A stretch of DNA of 64,000 nucleotides from Mobula hypostoma (Eukaryota): NCBI RefSeq assembly GCF_963921235.1, contig NC_086097.1, positions 193,628,001 to 193,692,000 of the forward strand, in the 5' to 3' direction. A program made the position numbers and the translations under genes. Positions 49,480 through 61,110 of this stretch are shown here, piece by piece. Under the pieces are notes generated by a model, which did not search any database, was not told where the DNA came from, and saw nothing but the letters and a program-made list of their open reading frames with translations. Position 1 is the stretch's first letter. Each line of letters opens with the position of its first letter.

Positions 49480-49780
49480 AATGAAATGGGAGAGTCTAGG
49501 AGCAGAGGGCACAGCTTCACAATCAAAGAATGTCCCTTTAAAACAGAGCTGGGGAGGGATTTCTTCAGGCAGAGGCGGGGTGATGAATCTGTGGAATTAA
49601 TTGCCACAGACAGCTGTGGAGGCCAAGTCATTGGGAATATTTAAAGCAGAAGATGATATGTTCTTGATTAGTAACAGTGTGAATGGGGGTAAGAGGGAAA
49701 TAAATCAGCCGTGATTGAATAGCAGAGCATACTTGATGGGACAAATAGGCTAATTCTCGCCAATGTTTTATGGTCTTATT
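49480..49780 (+). mobile_element. CR1 3' terminal fragment
   Basis: Similar to 34330-34640; ends TTTATGGTCTT. Confidence 0.7.
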
Positions 49781-50871
49781 ATCTTGTGGCTCTCCGCGTA
49801 ATCCCTGTAGCTAGCAACATTATGGCCTTAGAAGTCTAATTGAGATTGGGATCTTGCTTGCACGAGTGCCCTCAGTGCCATGTCATCTGTAAGTGGTAAT
49901 TCGACCTCAGGCAATGTTTCCTGCACCCCTGTCTCTGAACTGCTCTGACACACATTTATCAGTTCTGGTTGTTAAAGGCCTTATGCAAATATCTCTGATA
50001 ATCAAAGTCATTGAGAAAAAATTATATTAATTTTCAGAATGCATTTAGCTGTTATAAAATACAAAGCATTAACTAATTAAAATATTAAGGAAAAAGCGAT
50101 CAATTTAACCCCCTCCTCGCCATCCCCTGATCTGTATGACTGATCTCTGTTGCTGAAGCAGAGCTGAGTTAAATGGTGATCAAAAGGTCAGATGTGCTGA
50201 CATCTAACCTCCAGCACAATCATGACTATCGTACTCTATTCTACAAGCATGTGCTAACATATGAACAGGACTTCAACGGTAGTTCTCTTCCACACCATAG
50301 GCAAAAGGTAAATACAGTTGGGAGTCAGAAATCTATTCTTCAATTTACTTTTTTTTGTATTTTGAGAATTATGGAGCAGAAATTGCATAGAAATCAGCTG
50401 ATTAATAGCTGATCAGGCAGGTTTCTGAAGAATGTTGCTAACCACTGATCATATGGCAACCATCGTGATTGCAGATGAAATGTCAATGCAAGCTGAAATG
50501 TGGAATTGGAAAAGATTAAAGGTAGGATGAAATCTTATAGGATACAGAAATTGAAGTCGGTGTAACTTCATGATAGATAGTGAGAAAGTGAAATCAGTAC
50601 GGATAAATTTTTAAAAGCAGAAAGGGGATTTACTGTTTGGAAAATAACTGAGATTGGAGAGTTTTGGATGAATGGGTGATTATAGGAAACTGACAATTAA
50701 GTTAGTGAAAATATTAAGTCTGGAGGTGACACAGGCATCAGTATTTTCTTAGACAATGAGTATTAACCAGGGATGGAGGTGACTGAGAAATGTAAGCACC
50801 CCTTTGGATGGATGTGGGTTTGTAAGTTCGTGTCAACATTCAGTAGGACATGGAGACCAAGTACCTCTATC

Positions 50872-51362
50872 AATACACACAAAATGTAGGAGCAACTCAG
50901 TGGGTCAGGCAGCATCTATGGAGGAAAATGAACAATGTTTTGGGTTGAGATCCTTCATCGGGACTTGAAAGGAAAAGGGCAGAAGCCAGACTAAAAGGAT
51001 ACTGTTGATGGGGATGATCAGGAGCTGACAGGTAATAGTGAATCCAGGTGAAATGGGAAGGCAGGAGAGTAGGGGTGGGGTGGGGGGGGGAGGGAATAAT
51101 GTGAGAAGATTACTTTCCTGCCTTCTAGGTGTTCCCACCTAGAACCTCCACCCACCTGCGCCCCCCCCCCGCCCCCATCTGGAAGCTTCTCTCTATTACC
51201 TTCCTCCCTCCCCCACTCTCCTGCTCTCCCATCCTTATCTGTCCCCTGCCTGATCTTGCTTCTTCCCTTTCCATTACCCTTTTATTCTGGCTTCTGCCCT
51301 CTTCCTTTTCAATTCTGATGAAGAGTTTCAGCCTGAGATGTCATTTTTTTCCATAGGTACTG
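50872..51362. mobile_element. Inverted pair of Penelope pseudo-LTR fragments
   Basis: Minus-oriented CACACAAAATG...GGCAGCATCTATGG...CCTTCATCGGGAC followed by a plus-oriented pyrimidine tract and CTGATGAAGAG...TTCCATAG. Confidence 0.65.
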
Positions 51363-53086
51363 TCTTGCATCATTATAAGGATTTTGAATGCATACACAAG
51401 AAAGGAGTGGAATTAGGATCAATGACATTATGATTCTGACACTGAATAGGATGGCTTTGGACCCAGTGAACATTGGTGTCATCCATGACCGTATGTCAGA
51501 TTGTATGTTGAATAGCTTCTGTCAGTCTTCAAATTAATGATGTTGATGGGGATTGCCACTAGAGGGAATTATGTACACTAGATGATGAATACAGGGAAAC
51601 ATCAATGATGCTTCGTGGTATAGGCACTAGAAATGAAACTCTCATATGAAATGTGCTGGGTACAATAGAAAAGATAGAAATTGAACTATGTGTTGAAGCA
51701 CATTGGAGCTAACAAAGGAATTGCTGGAAGAAAAAGGTATGATATTTCACACAGAATGCTGTAGAGGTACTGAAGATACAATGATAGAAAATATACCACA
51801 GTCACTGTTATACATGTTAGTCACCTTTAAGTAGAACAGAATTGGCACAATAGGCATTTGGAGCCAAGAGTGAAAGCATTTTAACATGGTTTGGAGGGGG
51901 AGCTGAATATTGTTGGTGGGTCTGGAAGAACATAACAATTGTTCATTGAAAAAGGAATTGCACAGAGCAATGGAGGGTAAGGAATATTGTGCAGCTTCAA
52001 ACGGAAAAGATGTCTGAAGGAAAATGTCCTCCAATGGGAACAACAGACTTGGAAATAAACCAGTCCTCTTCTTAACTTTTAAAGCTCTAGGGTTGATACA
52101 GACAGTTGTCCAGGTGTAAGCCTATGTCAAGGTAAAACATCTTCTATGTTGAACTGAGGCGGTATTCTAGGCATGCCATGAGAAACAGGCATTGGGAGTA
52201 AGGACAAACTCAACAATGGAAGTAAGGTCAGGCTCAAAAGCTTACCTTACTGGAAGTGGGGAAAGGAGAGAAATTTTGTCCATCCTCATTAAGATCCTTG
52301 AATGATCTGAAGAATTGGCCCTTTCTTGCCCATATACTGCATATAGAATGCTCAGGAGCTGTTAACAGGAAACATCTTGTATCTTCTTTGTGTAACCTCT
52401 GAGATCCTGAATTCTGAGAATTAAATATACAAGGATGGGAAGCAAACATATTTTTCTGCCATGCTGCTAAATCAGTAAGGTTGAAGCAATATTCAAGTTT
52501 TTCAGAGTTGTTAACACAGCTCTCCTACAATCAATGGGAACATCTAATCAGAACATGGAAAATTTGAAAAGATTTAACTAGATTTGGATAAGACTAGTGC
52601 CAAGAAGCTAATGTCCCTATTTCCATTGGTGAACTTGACAATTTCTATTGGCAATACAATAATTTGTATCTTTATTATCACGTTGCAAAGAACTAGATCC
52701 TCTGTTCTTGTGCCAAAAAAACTTGAACGAAGTCAGATCAAACATTATATTAAGAGCTTCTAAAACAGGAGCCTCTACAATAGTATATGCATGAATTCTA
52801 AAGCCCGTTTCTTGGCCACTTTGAATGGAGTTGGTTAAAAATCCATGCACACTGTCCTGCATCATGTTAACTTCTCGTAATCTGCAGTCTGTAGTTGTTT
52901 GCAGAGTGTTTTTATAAAAAGAAATATTGAAGTAATGATCTTGCTGAATTGTGTACTCCAATGCTACTTTTGCTAAATTTCAGTTAATCTGTGAAAATAG
53001 ATATTAAAATACTTAAATATTAATGTCAGTAATTCTCAAATATTTTGTGCTGGATATGGATCATGTTCTTATTTATCTTGCCTCAG

Positions 53087-53244
53087 ATTCATGAGACTGA
53101 AGAATTTCACAAAAGACTGAAAGAAGACAGCCTGCTTCGTTTGCCTGAATTTATAATCAAGCCTAGATCCCATACAGTCTGGGAAAAGCAGAATGTGAAG
53201 CTACATTGCACTGTCTCAGGATGGCCTGAACCCCGAGTCACATG
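53087..53244 (+). CDS. MYOM1: Myomesin-1 coding exon (158 bp, phase 0 to 2), start of the first Ig domain (My2)
   Basis: IHETEEFHKRLKEDSLLRLPEFIIKPRSHTVWEKQNVKLHCTVSGWPEPRVT(W); PEFIIKPRSHTVWEK and GWPEPRVTW match recalled MYOM1 rather than MYOM2 or MYOM3; CTCAG| and TG|GTAAAT. Confidence 0.96.
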
Positions 53245-53351
53245 GTAAATATCTCCATTATAGCACAGTAGAATGTACTTCAGTACTTTCTTCAGTGCTG
53301 CACGATTCCATAATTCCACGTGGTTGATATTACCCGAGTCTGAATGGAAAA

Positions 53352-53542
53352 AAACAACAGGAATTCTGCAGATGCTGGAAATTCAAGCAACACACATCAA
53401 AGTTGCTGGTGAACACAGCAGGCCAGGCAGCATCTGTAGGAAGAGGTGCAGTCAACGCAGCAGGCCAGGCAGCATCTGTAGGAAGAGGTGCACCTCTTCC
53501 TACAGATGCTGCCTGGCCTGCTGCGTTCACCAGCAACTTTGA
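53352..53542. mobile_element. Young Penelope-derived foldback insertion with 13-bp TSD
   Basis: TSD TCTGAATGGAAAA at 53339-53351 and 53543-53555; near-perfect inverted arms. Confidence 0.85.
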
Positions 53543-53602
53543 TCTGAATGGAAAATGTGAGTTGAGTGCATTTTATTTCCACTTTTAGTGGAATGCTATA
53601 TA

Positions 53603-54145
53603 TATTCAGTGCCACTTTAATAGCTATCTCCTGTAATGGGCACTGAATGTATGTGATCCTCTGTTGCAATAGCCCAACCACTTCAAGGTTCAACATGCTG
53701 TGCATTCAGGGATGCTCCTCTGCACACCACCTTTGTAACACACCATTGTTTGAGTTATTGTGCCTTCCTGGCAGCTTGGACTAGTCCAGCTGTTCTCCTC
53801 TGACCTCTGTCAAGGTGTTTTTGCTTACAGAATTGCTGCTCACTGAATGTTTTTTGTTTTTCATACCACTCTCTATAAACTCTAGAGACTGTTATGCGTG
53901 AAAATCCCAGGAGATCAGCAGTTTGAGATATTCAGACCACCCCATCTAGCACCAAAAATCATTCCATGGTCAAAGTCACTTGGATCACGTTTCTTCCCCA
54001 TTCTGATATTTGGTTTGAACAGCAACTGACCTCTTGACCATGTTTTCAGGTTTATGTATTGAGTTTTTGCAACATATTTGGCTGATTAGATAATTACATT
54101 AATGAGCAGGTGTACAGCTGTACCTAATAAAGGGGCCACTGAGAG
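53603..54145. mobile_element. Non-autonomous Tc1/mariner-type element
   Basis: Imperfect inverted ends TATTCAGTGCCACTTTAATAG and CTAATAAAGGGGCCACTGAGAG, each flanked by TA. Confidence 0.65.
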
Positions 54146-54719
54146 TATATTTTGTGATTGAGAAGGGTTTTAATGAAAGGAAGTTCTTAAATTTCAATTG
54201 TAGGAATTGCCTAATCATTGATTTCAAAACTAATTGCACTTGGTTCCTTAGATTTTGTTTTTGTTCTGTTTTTCTCTCTCTGCTTTTAGACTTAATTGCT
54301 CAACCTGAGGATATATTGCTTCCTAATATTATTAAATTTAACAAGTACTGTACAAAACAATGACTGAACATATCCTTGTGGATCAATAATGAGTTCAGTC
54401 TTAGTTCAGCTATGGTGGTAAATTGAGATATGAATTGAGGTTTAGACCATCTGATATCACAGAACAGAAGAAGCAGCCTTGATTCCTGAGCTTAGTGTGA
54501 AGGCAGGGAAACTAAATTTGATGATGGATGTTTATTGATAAATACTTTGTTATCGATGCAAGTTATACCCTTCAGGTGTATATTTGATTTGTACTGGCTG
54601 CGTAACTTTAATTGTACTTAAAGCTTTACCATACTGTTGTGATGATTTGCTGTTAAAATTGTACCTTTTTTTAATCCTGGTTGGTTTATTGCATGACAAA
54701 AACCCAGGTGCTTCCTGAG

Positions 54720-55590
54720 GAACTTGGAACATAGAACACTGCAGCACAATACAAGCTCTTTGGGCCATGATTTGTGCCGATCTTTTAACCTACTCAAAGA
54801 TCATTCTAATTCTCTCTCCACATAGTCCTCCACATTTCTTTCATTCATCTGCCTATCTCAGAGTCTCTCAAATATCCATAATGTACCTGCCTCTACCACC
54901 AACCCAGCAGCACATTCCATGCACCCATCACTCTCTGTGTAAAAAAAAACCGCACAAACCTACCTTTGACATACCCCTACGCTTTCCCCCATCACCTTAA
55001 AATTATGTGCTCTTTTGTTAACCATTTATGCCCTGGGGAAAAAGTCACTGGTTGTCCATTCTATCAATGCCTTTAATTATCTTATGCAATTCTAACCAGT
55101 CACTTCTCATCTTCTTTTGCACTAAGGAAAGAAGCCCGAGCTTGCACAATCTTTCTTTACTTTCCCCATAAAATAGTACAGTACAATATTGAAGAATATC
55201 CTTACATGATCTGCTTTTCTGAATTTAAAGCTTTCACATCCTTCCTATAATGAGGCGTCCAGAACTGAACACGATACTCCAAGTGTGATCTAACCAGAAT
55301 TCTGAGAGCTGCAACATTACCTTGCTGCTTCCTCATCCAAATCATTTATAAAAATTACAAAGAGCAAGGATCCCATAACAGATCACTGCAGAACACCATC
55401 GAGCACCGACATTCAGACAAAATATGCTCCATCTACTACCATCCTCTGCCTTCTGTGGGTAAACCAATTCTGAATCCATCCAGCCAAGAGGCCATGCCTC
55501 CTGACTTTCTGACTGAGCTTATCATGGGGAACCTTGTCAAATGCCTTACTAAAAATCCATATAGACTACATCCACTGCTCTCCCTTCAAC
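54720..55590 (-). mobile_element. CR1 3'/RT fragment, antisense
   Basis: GAACATAGAAC tail; reverse complement of HLEYRVQFW and DFSKAFDKVPH motifs. Confidence 0.7.
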
Positions 55591-55660
55591 AGGGCCAGCC
55601 TAACCATTTCCTGAGGTGAACAGGAAGCTTAATCCACATAGAGGTTACTGCTAATTGCTA

Positions 55661-55842
55661 ACAAGAGAAATTCCACATATGCTGCAAATCCGAACAACAC
55701 ACACAAAATGCTGAAGGAACTTAGCAGGCCAGGCAGCATCAATGGAAAAAGTACAGTTCACTTTTCGGTCCGAAATGTCGACTGTACTTTTTTCCATAGA
55801 TGCTGTCTGGAATGCTGAGTTCCTTCAGCATTTTGTGTGTTA
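55661..55842. mobile_element. Penelope-derived foldback insertion
   Basis: Inverted arms ACACACAAAATGCTGAAGGAACT and AGTTCCTTCAGCATTTTGTGTGT; flanking CTAATTGCTA at 55651-55660 and 55848-55857. Confidence 0.8.
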
Positions 55843-55949
55843 TTCTACTAATTGCTAGCTGCTGTAAATCTTCAACGCCTGAGCACAGGGAGCAGTGATC
55901 TTGTCAAAGTTAAGAGAATTGGGAACAAGAATTAAAATAATGAAGAGCT

Positions 55950-56382
55950 TTCATTTCTATAATGCTCAGAACTTCATAACATCCCAGTGCTCCTTGAAGC
56001 CAACAGAATACTTCTGAAGTGTAATCACTGTTGTAATGTAGCCAATATAAATGCAGCCGGTTCCCACAAATAGCACTGTGATCATCACCAGATAATCTGT
56101 TCCAGTGATGTTGACTGAGGAGTGAATATTAGCCAGAACACTGGAAATAAATTTGCTTCCCATCTTTAAATTAGTGCTGAGGGATCTTTCATTTCAACCT
56201 GGGAGGGCAGACAGGATATTGGTTTCAATGCATTATCTAAGGGATAGCATCTGCAGCAGTGCAGCATTTCTTCAGTGGTGAATTGGGGCATCAGCCTAGA
56301 TTCTAGTGGTCAAGCCACTGGGATAGGACTTGTACCCTCCTTCTTCTGATTCAGAGACAGAAGTGCCATTTACTGAGCTACA
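55950..56382 (-). mobile_element. Deu-domain SINE (SacSINE1/AmnSINE1-related)
   Basis: GAAGTGTAATCACTGTTGTAATGTAG, GGGCAGACAGG...GCAGTGCAGCA...CAGCCTAGATT and TGATTCAGAG...ACTGAGC resemble the recalled antisense DeuSINE consensus. Confidence 0.6.
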
Positions 56383-56539
56383 TCAGGGAACAAAAGTGAA
56401 ACATATTTCTTCATACAATGTTGTAGTATCATATTGAAAAACACCTTTATTTGATCTGGGTTTTTTGGGGGGAATTTAGTTGAAGTATCATTTCCTTTTG
56501 TATTTATTATACATATGAGCATGCAAATATTTATTATAC

Positions 56540-57260
56540 ATATCAGCACCTTAAGTCTATTCCACCATTCAATAAAATCACAGTTGACCTAGCTGTAACA
56601 TTAATTTTACTTTCCCATCTACCCCATTATACTTGTATCCCTGTGCTCATTGAGAATCCATTTACCTCTGCTTTAAAAATATTCAAAGCCCCTACTTTCT
56701 CTGCCATTTGAAGAAAATTTTCAAAGATTTGTCACCTACTGAAAGAAAAAAAATCGCCCTATCTTTGCCTTAAATTAACAACTGTTTATTTTTAAATAGT
56801 GACCTGTCCCTTTTCCTAGATTCTCCCACAAAAGCAAACACTCTCCCTGTCAAGCAGCCCCAGGATTTTACATTTCCAATAAATATTCACTACTCCACTG
56901 AACTTCGGAAGAAACAAACTTAACCCATCCAGTCTTTCATCATGAAACAACCTGCTCATTCCAAGTATTAGTCAAGTAGACCTTCTCCGAATCACTTCAA
57001 ATGCATTTACATCTTTCCAAAAATAAGGTGATCAATATTAAATATAATATTCTAGATTGTGGTGTCAACAGTGTCTTATGCACCTAAAGCATAATCTCTT
57101 CAAATTTGCATTCATTTCCTCCTGTAGTATATGGTAATATTTTGTTAGCCTTCCTAATTACTCACTATACCTGACAACTAGCCTTTTGAAAATCGTGCAC
57201 TAGGTCATCATGATACCCTGCATTTTAGAGCTTTGTAGTTTCCCACTACTAAAATAAATG
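56540..57260 (-). mobile_element. Old CR1 3' fragment, antisense
   Basis: Degenerate reverse-complement similarity to CR1 3' ends elsewhere in the window. Confidence 0.5.
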
Positions 57261-57519
57261 GTTCCTTTCGGGTAATGTAAAGGGTGGAAGCATATGCATA
57301 ATTCACAACCACCAACATTGAGTTGGAGTTCACTTTAAGAGAACCCGGTCGTGATGTAATGATGTGAACTTTTTTACCTCGGTTTATGTTCTATGTTTGG
57401 TTGACAATTTCCCTTAAACTTAAAATGCCTCTGCCACTTTATTTGAGAAAACTTGCATCTTTTTATTTTTCCTGGTAAAATGGACATTTCCCATTTTCCC
57501 ACTGTATGCACCATTTAAA

Positions 57520-57775
57520 GATGAAAAGATTAGTTGTATTTGTCACGTGGACATCAAAACATACAGTGAAATGCATTATTTTGCATCAAATCAAATCAGC
57601 AAGGATTGTGCTGAGCAGCTTGTAAGTGTTGCAAAGCTTCTGGAGCCAACACAGCACACCCACAACTCACTAGCCCTAACTGTACATCTTTGGAATGTGG
57701 GAGGAAACCAGAGCAACAGGAGGAAACCCACACTGTCATGGGGAGAATGTGCTCAGGGGTGGGAATCAAACCCTG
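57520..57775 (-). mobile_element. V-SINE (HE1-like), antisense
   Basis: TTTGGAATGTGGGAGGAAACCAGAGCAACAGGAGGAAACCCACACTGTCATGGGGAGAATGTGC is the antisense V-domain pattern. Confidence 0.65.
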
Positions 57776-58327
57776 TGGAATCAAAAAATATTGTGGTATG
57801 CTACTCATTACATCTTTGCAGTCAAAGAAATTCTTTGATTGCCAAGAGATTCTTTGTCAACCAGAAAATTATCAGTTTTCTGTTAGCCAGATAATTTTCT
57901 GTCCATGTCTTCTATTAACATGAGCTTTTATTTTCCACAATAAACTTTAATACAATACCTTAGCAAGTGCTTTCTGGAAATCTACAGTAAGTGTAGTATA
58001 TCTTCTGATACTCTGTTATCCAACATGCTTGTAACTTCTTTAAACAACTCCAATAAATCGGGCAAATATAATTTCCTTTTCACAAAACTCTGTTGACTTT
58101 GCCAGATTACCTTGACATTTTCTGGGTTATCTTCAAAAATGTCTTTAATAATGGCCTTCAACATTTTCTTCGGCTTGATATTAAGACAATTGACCTGTAG
58201 ATTCCTGCTTTCTATCTATAGATTACAGTTTAAGCATCGCATGTATATTTTGTGTTTGAGATTGGGAAAAATTGCTAAATACATGCAAAGATTAAATATT
58301 AACACTGTTTTTATTTTTACCACTCAG

Positions 58328-58420
58328 GTACAAAAACAATGTGCCCGTTAATATCTACACTGACCCTGGGAAGTACGTCATTGATAGTAAATATGGCATT
58401 CATTCCTTGGAAATTAACAA
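58328..58420 (+). CDS. MYOM1: Myomesin-1 coding exon (93 bp, phase 2 to 2), Ig domain My2; gene continues beyond the window
   Basis: (W)YKNNVPVNIYTDPGKYVIDSKYGIHSLEIN versus recalled MYOM1 WYKNQVPINVHANPGKYIIESRYGMHTLEIN; CTCAG| and AA|GTGAGT; completes the split TG+G Trp codon. Confidence 0.96.
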
Positions 58421-59511
58421 GTGAGTCCTTTTCATTCTTCCATCTGAGCTCAATTTGTTTGAGTTAGAAGAAGAAATAATGTACTTAAGGAATCAGAACC
58501 ACAACTACAATGTGACTCAGATATTAACGAAAGTGGAAATGAATTCTTTCACTGATGCTTCAGTTGTCGGATCTGTTACTTGCAGGTGTAGCACTTGTGT
58601 AAATGATTTATCGATATAACATATTGCTTGATTAGGTGGTGTGGTAGCTCTTCTCACTACTTTGCCGAGGTAGCTCTTCTTTCTACTTTTGTCAGTTGCA
58701 CATACCAAGGAAAAGTACACAAGAATATCCCATAGCAGTACTTTAAACCACAGATGTCATCAATATTTCACACGTTTTGATTTAAGATGGTACAGTTAGG
58801 GAAATTGGGCAACTGTGAGTGATCTCCTCAATCAACATGTGTAAAAAAAATTAGACTGAAGACTGAATTAACAGGGGAAGGACAGCAAAGGAAGATGATT
58901 AAAAGATTGTGAATTGGAAATTGATTTAAAAAATGGAACAATTATATTAAATGATAAGAAGGAAATGAATGAATACAAAAAAATCACATTTTAAAACTGA
59001 AATTGAAAATAAATGTCAACTTTACAGTGTAATTGAAGAAGATTGTCACTAATTAATATTTTCTACTAATTATATTTCTGTAGCATGTTTAATAAATCAT
59101 ACATATACCGTAAGTCATGAGTTAGTATATATCAGCAGTGAGGCAGATACAGAAATGTTATTTTCACAACTGCGATATGAATATCTTTTAGACCGGGGGT
59201 CTCAACTTGGGATCCACAGACCCCTTGATTAATGGTAGGGGTCTATAACATTTGTGTTAGTTGTTCATATAACCTTCACACAAAAGTTATTGACTTTCTG
59301 TATAAATAATGGTTTGTTTCAATATTAGCCATTATTTTGCCATCATTCCACTGTGAAACTGGTAAGTTTTATAAATAATGTAAATGTTAAGAATTTGCAT
59401 CAAGAGAACAAATAGACAAAGCAAATGGAGTAATAATTTGTCGAATATAATTATAACAGTTAGGTTCACAACTAAAATAAAAATTGATCAAAGTTTATTA
59501 TCCAGACCATT

Positions 59512-61110
59512 CATATTCAAGTTTATTGTCATTCAACTGTATAGATGAATACCACCAAGCGAAACAATGTTCCTCTAGACTAAGGTGCACAACACAGTAT
59601 ATATAACTCAATTTCAAAGTAAATTTGCTATCAAAGTACATAGGTGTCACCATATACAACCCTGAAATTTGTTTTCTTGTGGGCATGCACTGTAAATCCA
59701 AGAAACATAATAAAATCAGTGAAAAAAACACCTAATGAGAGAGACAACCAACCAGTGTGCAAACGGCAACAAACTGTGCAAATACAAAAGAAAAATAAAT
59801 AAATACATACATATTAATGAGAACCTGAGATGAAGAGTCTTTGAAAGTGAGCCCTTAGTTTGTGGGAACTGTTCGGTGATTGGGTGAGTGAAGTTATCCC
59901 CTCTGGCTCAAGAACCTGATGGATGAGGGGTAACAACTGTTGCTGAACCTGGTGGTGTGGGTCCTGAGGCTCTTATACTACCTTCCTGATGGCATTAGTG
60001 AGAAGAGAGCATGACCTGGGTGATGGGGGTCCATGACGATGGATGCTGCTTTCCTGTGATAGCACCCTGTGCAGATATGCCCAATAGTTTTACCTGTGAT
60101 GGACTGGGCCCTAACTACTATTTTTTGTAGGATTTTCCATTCAAGGCATTGGTGTTTTCATACTGGACTGTGATGCAATCAGTCAATATACTATCCAGTA
60201 CATAACTATAGAAGTTTGTCAAAGTTTCAGATGTCAAACCGAATCTTCACAAACTACTCAGGAAGTACAGGCACTGCCATACTTTGTTCATAATTGCACT
60301 CGTGTGCTGGGCCCAAGATACAGCCTCCAAAATAATAACTCTGAGGAATTTAAAGTTGCTAACCCTCTTCACCTCTGATACCCCATTGCGGAATGGTTCA
60401 TGGACCTTCGGTTTCCTCCTCCTCCTGAGGTCAATCATTAGCTCCTTGGTCTTGCTTACGTTGAGTGAGAGATTGTTGTTGTGGGACAACTCAGCCAGAT
60501 TTTCAGACTGTCGCCTATATGTTGATTCATGACCACCTTTGATTTGGCCAATGACAGTGGTGTTGTTAGCAAACTTAAATATGGCATTAGTGCAGTATTT
60601 AACCTCAGTCTTAAGTATAAAGTGAGTAGAGCAGGGTGCTAAACACACAGCCCTGTGGTGCACCTGTGCTAATGGAGATTGTGGAAGAGTTGTTGTTACC
60701 AATCTGAAGTGACTGGCAAGTGAGGAAATCAAGGGTCCAATTCCTCAAGGAGGTATTGAGGCTGAGGCCTTGTAGCTTATTGATTAGTATTGAGGGGATG
60801 ATGGTTTTGAATGCTGAGCTGTAGTCCATCTTTGCAGTCCAGATGTTCAAGTGCTGAGTGAAGAGCCAATGAAATGGTATCTGCTTCAGACCTGGTGTGC
60901 CAGTAGGCAAACTGGAGTGGATCCATCCCATTTCTCAGAAAGGAATTGAATATGTTTCATCACCAACCTCTCAAAGCACTTAATCAATGGAAGTAAGTGC
61001 TATTGGACAATGGTCATTGAGGTAGATTACCACGTTCTTCTTGGGCACTGGTATAATTGAAGCCTGCTTGAAGCAGGCAGGTATCTCAGACTGCTGAAGT
61101 GAGATCAATC
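59512..61110 (-). mobile_element. Rex1/Babar LINE RT and 3' region, antisense
   Basis: Minus-strand [57 protein letters not shown]. Confidence 0.85.

Noticed and set aside
50440..52300. Possible old antisense L2 LINE
   Set aside because: Only faint motif resemblance; boundaries cannot be supported by eye.
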